From Octopus bimaculoides (lineage: Eukaryota): a stretch of 44,306 nucleotides of DNA. The stretch's first letter is position 1, and each line of letters begins with the position of its first letter. Positions 35,439 through 44,306 of this stretch are shown here, one piece after another. Location: contig NC_068996.1 in assembly GCF_001194135.2 (NCBI RefSeq), forward strand, positions 46,365,049 to 46,409,354. Direction: 5' to 3'. The translations under genes and the position numbers were made by a program. Under the pieces are notes generated by a model. The model had not been told where the DNA came from. It saw nothing but the letters and a program-made list of their open reading frames with translations, and ran no database searches.

Positions 35439-38047
35439 TACATATACGCAAGATGACAGGAGACTGAGACTCCTGGTGGTTTGCTGTGTTTATGAAGATA
35501 TGTCAAGCTAAGTGCGGCCGTCCTTGCATACAGACATGTCCCCTGCATTCCTCTTCTGCTGAGTGATCCTAATCTTGCAGGCTCATGGGTGTCGGTACCA
35601 CATAAAATTTCACCTGCACCAGTTCCACATAAAAGCATCCATGCCAGTGCTGTATAAATGAACCAAATACACTTTGTAAAGTGGTTGGCATTAGGAAGGG
35701 CATCCAGCCATAGAAACTATGCCAATACAGTCATGGAGCCTGGGAAGCTTTTCAGCTGGCCAGCTCCTGTCAAACCATCCAACCCATGCCAGCATGGAAA
35801 ACAGACATTAAATGATGATGACGATAGAGAGAGAGATTTGCTGAAGTTTTGAAAGTTGTTGTCTTCTACTGCTTTTAAAGCCTTCTCTATGGAAGTTTAA
35901 CTAAACAATGATACATTTTGCATGCAGGAAAATAAAGAGATTATCCTGTCAGGTTTCACAGTTTATAGACTACTACTTAGAGGACAAGCAACTCCTCATC
36001 CTGCTGTCCATGAAAAATAACTTACAACAATTAAAGCCTTTGCTGTATGCTTATAGCAATGGCTATTTAAATCAAACATATATTGCATTATGAAAATAAT
36101 ACTTATATACATAAAAGCAAATATTATAAATTTTATTATAAATAAGTTTTCAAAGCATTGTCATCATTATCGCCATCATGTAGCCTCCATGTTGCAGTCT
36201 TGTATGGGTTGGAGAGTTTGACAGGATCAAATGGATCCAAGGACAACATTATGTTCTAATGTCTGTGTTGACATGGTTTATTTAGCCAAGTGCCCTACCT
36301 AATGCCAACCACTTTACAGAGCATACCAGGTGCTTTTTTTCTTCATTCTACCTATATACATTTAGTAATTATTGAAATGAAAGATGAGAGTTGATCATCG
36401 ATCTGCACATGTGCAGAGCACGGTAAAGTTTATTTGTGAAAGAGTAGCAGTTACCTACGCATGCACATCTACTCTCTCCATATTAACAATGACGTTGAAT
36501 AGAAAGTCCTTCCTTAAGGGCTAATAGAGCCTGCACTAATGCCGTTACAAGCACTGATATCAGAATGTAAAAAGTTGATACAGATACCAAGACATTTTGT
36601 CTGATGCTCTAAAAATGTTCCCAATTCACCACTCTGGATTGAGTATGAATGTATGTAACTGTTTTTAATTATTTATTTGTTATTAATTATTTATTTGCTG
36701 CTATGGTGGCCCAGTAGACATGAGAAGTAGTAATACAACACATAGGTGGTGGTTTCAAATCTCTTCCAGAAATTACAAGAAGTCTTGTTAGAAATTTTAG
36801 TCCACTCTGCTGAGTGATCGGTGTTGGGAAGGGCATCCAGCTGTAAAAATCTTGCCAAAATAACTACAGAAGTCTGGTGCAGGCTTCTGACTGGCCAGCT
36901 CTTGTGAAGCCATCCCACCCATGCAAGCATGGAAGGCAGATGTTAAGCAATGATGATGAATGCAAGTCAATAAGTACTTTTACTTACTATTTCAGGTGAA
37001 AGTGGTAACCATCAACCTGTATTATTAATTGTTAATAACTTGCATTGTTTTTCCCGTGAGGGCAGAAACTGTAATGGCAAGGTGAGCATAGTGTATGCCA
37101 AGAGTTACATTACCTCATATGTATGTCTTTTGAAGATGGCAGAATGTCATGAGGGAAATATGGCTGCTATTTTTAGCAGACCAAAAGACCATATAGATCA
37201 TTATTGACACAAATATGAATTAACTTCTTTCATTACTTGATGTGTCCTTTTGAAGATGACAAAATTGTCATGAGGGAAATTTGACTTATTTTAAAAAATT
37301 CTTTTATTGACTCCCAAAAGGATGAAAAGCAAAGTTGACTTTAGCAGGATTTGAACTCAGAGTACAAAGAATCAGAACAAAAATGACTAATGTTATAACT
37401 AATGTGTGTGAGAGAATGAGAGAGAGAGAGACCCTCGCTTTGACAAAAGAGATATTTATTTATATCAGTATCCATAGTTCTTGTCGGGATTTGGTGATTT
37501 GGAATCGTGCACTTCGGTTATGTGAAGATGGTTTCAATCAGTCAGTTCAAAGAACTCAAGATGAAGTGGGTTTTGCTACCAGGGCTAGTAGTCACATATA
37601 ATTGAGGTACTTCCACTTAGTTGGCCAGCTTATAGGTACAATAAATTGATATGCTGATGATGTGGAAGGTGAAAAATCTTGATCAGATAATCTCAAGAGG
37701 GCAAAGACTATAATGGCAAGATAAACAATGGATTTAGAGATCAGGAGTCACTGAAATATCAGTGCATTCATCCATTCTTTCAGAGCCTTTTTTTTTCTTT
37801 CTTTGTTTCTTTAAACATGGTGTATGCTGAGAGTTACACTACCTGAAGTGTCCTTTTCAAGTTGGCAGGGTGTCATGAGGGAAATTTGGCTGCTATTTTT
37901 AGCAGACCAAAAGACCATATGAATTATTAATGATATAAATATGAATTAAGTTTTTTCAATATAAGCCCCTGAGGCAGACTTTTGTTGCTTAACTTGCTAG
38001 CCAAATCTCCCTCAAATCACATCCTATTATTTTAAATTATTAACATA

Positions 38048-38456
38048 GGCGCAGGAGTGGCTGTGTGGTAAGTAGCTTGCTTACCAACCACATGGTTCTG
38101 GGTTCAGTCCCACTGCGTGGCACCTTGGGCATGTGTCTTCTACTATAGCCTCGGGCCGACCAAAGCCTTGAGTGGATTTGGTAGACGGAAACTGAAAGAA
38201 GCTCGTCGTATATATGTATATATATATATATTTATATGTATGTGTGTTTACATGTCTGTGTTTGTCCCTCCACCATTGCTTGACAACCAATGGTGGTGTG
38301 TTTACATCCCCGTAACCTAGCGGTTCAGCAAAAGAGACCGATAGAATAAGTACTAGGCTTACAAAGAGTAAGTCCTGGGGTCAATTTGCTCGACTAAAGG
38401 CGGTGCTCCTGCATGGCTGCAGTCAAATGACTGAAACAAGTAAAAGAGTAAAAGAG
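38048..38456 (+). mobile_element. Same CORE-like SINE, full length
   Basis: Collinear with 34247-34690; B-box ggttcagtccc. Confidence 0.85.
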
Positions 38457-38770
38457 AGAGAGTATATAATTGGAAATAGAATTTTAGGATAACTACATCT
38501 GAAACTAATATGGAATGGTCACAGATGGAAGCAGAATAGCAAAATCATTATAGTATCAGAAAAATTGCTTTGCAGTATTTATTCATATTCTTGATATTCT
38601 GAGTTCAAATCCTATCAAAGTCCAACTTTGTCTTTCATCCCTATAGGATTGATAAAATATCACAGAAAAAAAAAACAAAAACCCAGTCCGGTACCAAGTA
38701 CCAGTATGGATGTAATATGACGGTGTCCCCCTCCCTTCAAAGTTACTGGTCTTCTACCTAAATCAGAAAC

Positions 38771-39335
38771 AATTATTACTCTAATACAGTTCTATATTTA
38801 AGAGATGAAGAATTATGTACATTATTTACATTTGACGGATATTTGTCCTCATCTTGTTTGTTGTTAACACAACATTTCGGCTGATATACCCTCCAGCCTT
38901 CATCAGGTGTCTTGGGGAAATTTCGAACCTGGGTTCTCATTAGTAAGGTTTTTTTCTATGTTATTATTATTATTATTATTATTATTATCATTATTATTAT
39001 TGTTCAGGTTACTGCTTGGAATCAAACTTGGAATCTTGGGGTCAGTAGCCCGCACTCTTAACCACTACGCGGTATATGGCATAGTGGTTAAGAGCACGGG
39101 CTACTAACCCCAAGATTCCAAGTTCGATTCCAAGCAGTAACCTGAACAATAATAATAATAGCAATAACAACAACAACATTGAAGAATACCTAAGGAATGA
39201 GAACCCAGGTTCGAAATTTCCCCAAGACACCTGAAGAAGGCTGGAGGGTATATCAGCCGAAACGTTGTCTTAACCACAAACAAGATGAGGACAAATATCC
39301 GTTGAATGTAAATGATATAAATAATTATTACTCTA
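38771..39335. mobile_element. Head-to-head dimer of a tRNA-headed element with a hammerhead-like motif in each arm; 13-bp flanking direct repeat
   Basis: Arms at about 38812-39070 and 39079-39325 around an 8-nt loop. A-box tggcatagtgg, B-box agttcgattcc. Motifs at 38866-38911 (-) and 39226-39271 (+). aattattactcta flanks both ends. Confidence 0.8.
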
Positions 39336-39409
39336 TTTATAAAAACAGTAAATTGTCAGGTTTCTTAAAGTGTCTGACAAAATGCCTTGTGGTGTCTACT
39401 TCAAGCTCT

Positions 39410-40159
39410 TTAACGCTTTAGCATTTAAACTGGCCATATCTGGCTCAAAATTTTTTACCTGTTTAATGTTCAAAATGGCCAGATTTGGCTTCTCACACCT
39501 ACCTAAGAATGTCTTTCTAAAACTAAACAATCACACCATCAAAATCTCAAAGCTTCATGGTAATGCATGATTAATTTAAATCAATCCATCATCATCATCA
39601 TTTGATGTCCACTCTCCATGCTGGCATGGGTCAGATGGTTTGACTGGAGCTGATGAGCCAGAGAGGTGCACCAGGTTCCAGTCTGATTTGGCATGATTTC
39701 TACAGCTGGCTGGGTGTAATTCATAACACCAACCACTCCAGGAGTTTAATGGGTGCTTTTACGTACCACCAGCATGGGTGCCATTTATGTGACACTGACA
39801 ACGACCAAGACTACGGTTCATGGAGGGTGCCATTTACAAGGCACGGTCAACACTCATGATTACCGGGTGCCAATTTATATGGCACCGGCAACAACCACGA
39901 GTGCCGTTTACATGGTGCTGCCAACAACCATGATTCCCAGGTACCAATTTACATGGCACCAGTAACGACCACGAGTGTTATTTACATGGTGCCACCAACA
40001 ACCAAGATTCTCAGGTGCCAATTTACATGGCACCATTGATGACCATGACTACAATGCACAGGTGCCATTTATATGGCACCGGTATCAACCACGACAATTC
40101 ACAGGTATGAATAAATAAGCATTAATTTTGACAGAATAATGTGAATGCTAAAGGGTTAA
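39410..40159. mobile_element. piggyBac-like MITE (TTAA ends) interrupted by a LINE-tail repeat
   Basis: ttaa-cgctttagcatt...(insertion about 39585-40105)...aatgctaaaggg-ttaa. Confidence 0.65.
39777..40080. repeat. Degenerate array of eight about 20-bp hairpin units (GGTGCC-ATTTACAT-GGCACC) with related spacers
   Basis: Units start at 39777, 39826, 39866, 39900, 39940, 39974, 40014 and 40061, with a 74-bp higher-order period in the middle. Confidence 0.8.
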
Positions 40160-40349
40160 ATTCTAAGTTCACATCCCACCAGGTTAAAATTTTTCCTTTT
40201 GTTCTTCTGGGGAAGTGGGAGATAAAATAATGCACCAGTCAAAGCAGTAAGGGCAAATTAATAGAGCACAACCTCCCACAATTTTTAATCTTGAAATCTT
40301 CGTGACTTATGAATCATTATAAATGCTATATTATTTTGATATTCGTGAC

Positions 40350-40567
40350 ATAATATATGCCAACCATGCCAACATGCAATAGCTGTACAACCATGCTGTA
40401 CAGCCATTATGGTCATATAACAACCATGCATAAAGCATGCAACCATGCACAAAGCATACACCCACGCACATAATCATGCAACACATACAAGGCATGAAGT
40501 ACGCACCATGCACTCAACCAGGTGCCAAACATGCAACCAGGCATTGGCCATGCACCAAGTATACAAA
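40350..40567 (+). repeat. Degenerate AACCATGC/CATGC-rich repeat next to a small gap
   Basis: Recurrent aaccatgc and catgc motifs. Confidence 0.65.
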
Positions 40568-41988
40568 NNNNNNNNNNGGTTACTGAAGAGTTTGCAAGAG
40601 TGCAATGAAATGATTTAACAAAAACCTATATACTGTTTATAAATAAATAAAGGACTGAACCAGTGCATGTGTTTATTACCGGCATAATACCTCTCCCAGG
40701 GTTTAATTGTGATTCTATGATTTTAACTAATTCTTTCTCCAAGATATCTTTCAAAACGTGTAGAAGAGTCAACTTATGTATTGAAAAATGAAGGACGACA
40801 CTTTCAACACCTCTTATAAAGTTTTGCAAAGCCTAATATATTCTTTTGTAGTCTTATATACCATCTTATAAATATTTTCCCAGGTTCAGTCCCACTGCGT
40901 GGTACCTTGGGTGTCTTCTACTATAGCCTCGGGCTGACCAAAGCCTTGTGAGTGGATTTGGTAGACGGAAACTGAAAGAAGCCCATCGTATATATGTATA
41001 TATATATATATATGTATGTATGTGTATATGTTTGTGTGTCTGTGTTTGTCCCCCTCACCAACATCGCTTGACAACCGATGCTGGTGTGTTTACGTCCCCA
41101 TAACTTAGTGGTTCGGCAAAAAGAGACCGATATAATAAGTACTAGGCTTACAAAGAATAAGTCCTGGGGTCAATTTGCTTGACTAAAAGGCAGTGTTCCA
41201 GCATGGCCACAGTCAAATGACTGAAACAAGTAAAAGAGCAATNNNNNNNNNNNNNNNNNNNNNNNNNNNNNNNNNNNNNNNNNNNNNNNNNNNNNNNNNN
41301 NNNNNNNNNNNNNNNNNNNNNNNATTCTTTTGTAGTCTTATATACCATCTTATAAATATTTTCCCAGGTTCAGTCCCACTGCGTGGTACCTTGGGTGTCT
41401 TCTACTATAGCCTCGGGCTGACCAAAGCCTTGTGAGTGGATTTGGTAGACGGAAACTGAAAGAAGCCCATCGTATATATGTATATATATATATATATGTA
41501 TGTATGTGTATATGTTTGTGTGTCTGTGTTTGTCCCCCTCACCAACATCGCTTGACAACCGATGCTGGTGTGTTTACGTCCCCATAACTTAGTGGTTCGG
41601 CAAAAAGAGACCGATATAATAAGTACTAGGCTTACAAAGAATAAGTCCTGGGGTCAATTTGCTTGACTAAAAGGCAGTGTTCCAGCATGGCCACAGTCAA
41701 ATGACTGAAACAAGTAAAAGAGCAATAAAATACTTACTGTGGAGAGACTTTTTGAACACCCTGTATAATAAAGTAATTATTCCTAATTTCAGATACTTTA
41801 TTACATGGCAGGAAACTTGACCAATGATGAACAAAAGTGGATCATCAAACAAATGTCTACCTACTTTTCTCCACCTCTTTACAACCACGAACCGAGCATA
41901 CACCATGAACCAAGAATACAACCCTAAAGCAACTATTTAATTCAACAATCAGATTCCATTCATCAATTTTTTTTTTTTCAACACATAC

Positions 41989-42198
41989 CTAAAGAAACTG
42001 TAATTCCTCTTTGTGAGAGTTCTTTGATAACTTGGCTTGAATTATCAAGCTCAGGTGCTAGAGTTATGATAGCAGCATCGTCGAGGTGTCCATAAACATT
42101 TAATACATCTTGTAGTCCGTTGTGGAATGTTCTAATGCACTGATTTAAGTGGGCTCCTTTTTTTTCCTCATTGATAAACGGCCCTTCTAAATGAACTC
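41989..42198 (-). CDS. AMDHD2: AMDHD2 / N-acetylglucosamine-6-phosphate deacetylase, internal exon (210 bp, phase 1-1)
   Basis: Translates (G)VHLEGPFINEEKKGAHLNQCIRTFHNGLQDVLNVYGHLDDAAIITLAPELDNSSQVIKELSQRGITVSL(G), with NagA HLEGPF, KGAH and TLAPE motifs. Acceptor ttttatctttag, donor G|gtatgt. Confidence 0.96.
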
Positions 42199-42383
42199 CT
42201 AAAGATAAAACAGACATAAAATTAAATTTTTACAATGAATTCAAAAAATAAAAAAGGGGAACTCAATGATACCTTTTCCTTTCCGTCAGGGCTGAAGTAA
42301 AATGTTAATTCTGAAGACTAGCATTTTACTTCAGAGCTAGGGAAAGCTTCAATTCCCAACAGGTACTTAATTCTACAAGGCTC

Positions 42384-42794
42384 AGTGGCTGTGTGGTAAG
42401 TAACTTGCTTACAAACCGCATGGTTCCGGGTTCAGTCCCACTGCGTGGCACCTTGGGCAAGTTTCTTCTACTATAGCCTAGGGCCGACCAAAGCCATGTG
42501 AGTGGATTTGGTAGACGGAAACTGAAAGAAGCCCGTTGTATATATGTATATGTATATATATATATATGTATGTGTGTGTATATGTTTGTGTGTCTGTGTT
42601 TGTCCCCACCAACATCGCTTGACAACCGATGCTGGTGTGTTTACGTCCCCGTAACTTAGCGGTTCAGCAAAAGAGACCGATAGAATAAGTACTAGGCTTA
42701 CAAAGAATAAGGCCTGGGGTCGATTTGCTCGACTCAAGGCAATGCTCCAACATGGCCACGGTCAAATGACTGAAACAAGTAAAAGAGTAAAAAG
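42384..42794 (+). mobile_element. Same CORE-like SINE, near full length
   Basis: Collinear with the other copies. Partial copies also at about 2725-2875, 4190-4440, 17045-17188, 40881-41242 and 41365-41726 (+), and about 12340-12960, 20460-20615, 23655-23825, 26985-27304 and 28105-28250 (-). Confidence 0.85.
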
Positions 42795-42872
42795 TAATAG
42801 AATATTACTCTTATATCTGCGACAATGACTGTGCCATATATACACCAACATTTACATACAAATACATTCTTA

Positions 42873-42925
<53 letters not shown>

Positions 42926-43179
42926 ACATCCAAAGAAAGCCATTCAACTGACTGTGAGAACACTACAAGTTCTGGCACACAGATGCATTGTATCCTCACT
43001 GACTATCGTACTGCTACTACAACAGCCTCTACTCCTCTCAACTAATTAGTTGTAGCTTATCACCTGCACCAAATTTCACAAGATATACCACCCCCTCTTT
43101 CTCTCTCCCTTCAACCTTTCTCTTTCTCTCCCCCTCCCTCTCTCTCCTTCCCCCTCTCTTTACTCCCTTTGTCTTTCCC

Positions 43180-43800
43180 TCCATTCACCATTGCCCACAA
43201 GGGACTAAACATAGAAGGGACAAGCAAGGACGGACAAAGGGATTAAGTTGATTACATCGACCCCCCCCCCCAGTTCATAACTGGTACTTATTTAATCGCT
43301 CCCGAAAGGATGAAAGGCAAAGTTGACCTCGGCAGAATTTGAACTCAGAACATAAGCATTTCACCTGGCGTGCAAACGATTCTTTTCTAATCTAGGCACA
43401 AGGCCCAAAATTTTTGGAAAGGAGGCCAGTCGATTAGATTGACCACAGTATGCCACTGGTACTTAATTCGTTGACCCACCAAAAGGATGTCTTTACATAT
43501 GGTAAAGACAGATGAAATACCGCTAAGCATTTTGCCCAGTGTAATGAGGATTCTGCCGGCTCACCACCTTAATCATATCATTAATAGTCCTTTCTGCTGT
43601 TGGCAAAAGGCCTGAAATTTGCTGGGAGGGGGCCAGTTGATTAGATCAACTCCAGTACACAACTGGTACTTAATCTATCAACCCCGAAAGGATGCAAGGC
43701 AAAGTCGACTTCAGCGGAATTTGAACTCAGAACGTAACAGCAGACAAAATACTGCTAAGCATTTTGCCCTGTGTGCTAAGAATTCTGCCAGCTCGATGCC
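43180..43800 (-). mobile_element. Three adjacent copies of the second SINE family
   Basis: Repeated ggatgaaaggcaaagt..ggaatttgaactcagaa..gcattt..ttctgcc motifs. Further copies at about 25060-25270 (+), 26655-26850 (-) and 30320-30500 (-). Confidence 0.75.
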
Positions 43801-43940
43801 CTTCCTCATACGAAAATTCATGCCCTAACAGCTTCTTTCAGAGAATTCCCATTTTGCTTTAGCTTCTCCCTGAATATGTCAACTGGTCAAACATCTATCA
43901 CATTGATCACATCAATCACAGAACTTGCAATGGTCTTTAA

Positions 43941-44306
43941 TCTTTTATCATTTACTTGTTTCAGTCATTAGACTAAGGTCATGCTGGGGCACCACCTGGA
44001 AGGGTTTTAGTTGAACAAATCAATCCCAGTATATCTTTTATCTTTTACTTGTTTCAGTCATTGCACTGTGGCCATGCTGGGGCACCACCTTGAAGGGCTT
44101 TAGTTAAACAAATCAATCCCAGTATATCTTTTATCTTTTACTTGTTTCAGTCATTGCACTGTGGCCATACTGGGGCACCACCTTGAAGGGTTTTAGTTGA
44201 ATGAATCAATCCCAGTATATCTTTTATCTTTTACTTGTTTCAGTCATTGAACTGTGGCCATGCTGGGGCACCACCTTGAAGGGTTTTAGTTGAACAAATC
44301 AATCCC
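43941..44306 (-). repeat. Tandem array of a 93-bp unit derived from the CORE-like SINE 3' tail (about 3.9 copies, runs off the window)
   Basis: acttgtttcag recurs at 43954, 44047, 44140 and 44233. Confidence 0.92.

Noticed and set aside
39777-40080. CRISPR array
   Set aside because: Eukaryotic intron, no cas genes, degenerate repeats and mutually related spacers. It is kept only as a LINE-tail module expansion.
40626-40829. 67-aa minus-strand ORF as a possible extra AMDHD2 exon
   Set aside because: No NagA similarity, and the flanking exons already join in phase with no missing sequence.
40840-41726. Apparently identical 403-bp tandem duplication (40840-41242 and 41324-41726)
   Set aside because: The copies flank an 81-N gap and include both unique flank and SINE, which is the usual signature of an unmerged contig overlap. 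Raw or long reads would confirm.
41749-41765. Tc1/mariner-like TIR end (tttttgaacaccctgta)
   Set aside because: Only about 17 bp, with no partner TIR or transposase sequence.
43941-44306. CRISPR array or prokaryotic repeat
   Set aside because: Whole 93-bp units repeat with no unique spacers, and the unit derives from the SINE tail.

Overview
Eukaryotic, AT-rich, repeat-dense draft-assembly window with nine N-gaps. The SINE/LINE repertoire looks like an octopod cephalopod, most likely Octopus; this is inference from recognised repeat families. The only host gene I can support is AMDHD2 (N-acetylglucosamine-6-phosphate deacetylase, NagA family) on the minus strand. Five internal exons (42198-41989, 32374-32286, 28655-28511, 11324-11195, 7619-7573) have canonical AG/GT sites and splice in phase into 207 codons that keep the NagA metal and catalytic motifs. 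The N- and C-terminal exons were not found in the window. The rest is intronic: RTE- and CR1-like LINE fragments, at least four tRNA-headed SINE-like families, mariner remnants, hAT, piggyBac-like and TA-target MITEs, a HINE-like element, micro/minisatellites, and one probable false duplication across a gap. The most unusual signal is a set of foldback insertions (10.1, 21.4, 38.8 kb) flanked by 12-13 bp direct repeats. They carry minimal hammerhead-ribozyme-like motifs of the Penelope-associated type, and two of them are head-to-head dimers of a tRNA-headed element. An isolated hammerhead-like motif lies at 28.3 kb, and a further long hairpin sits about 115 nt from an AMDHD2 exon. None of the hammerhead motifs is fully canonical, and their activity is untested. 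No prokaryotic systems or CRISPR arrays are present.
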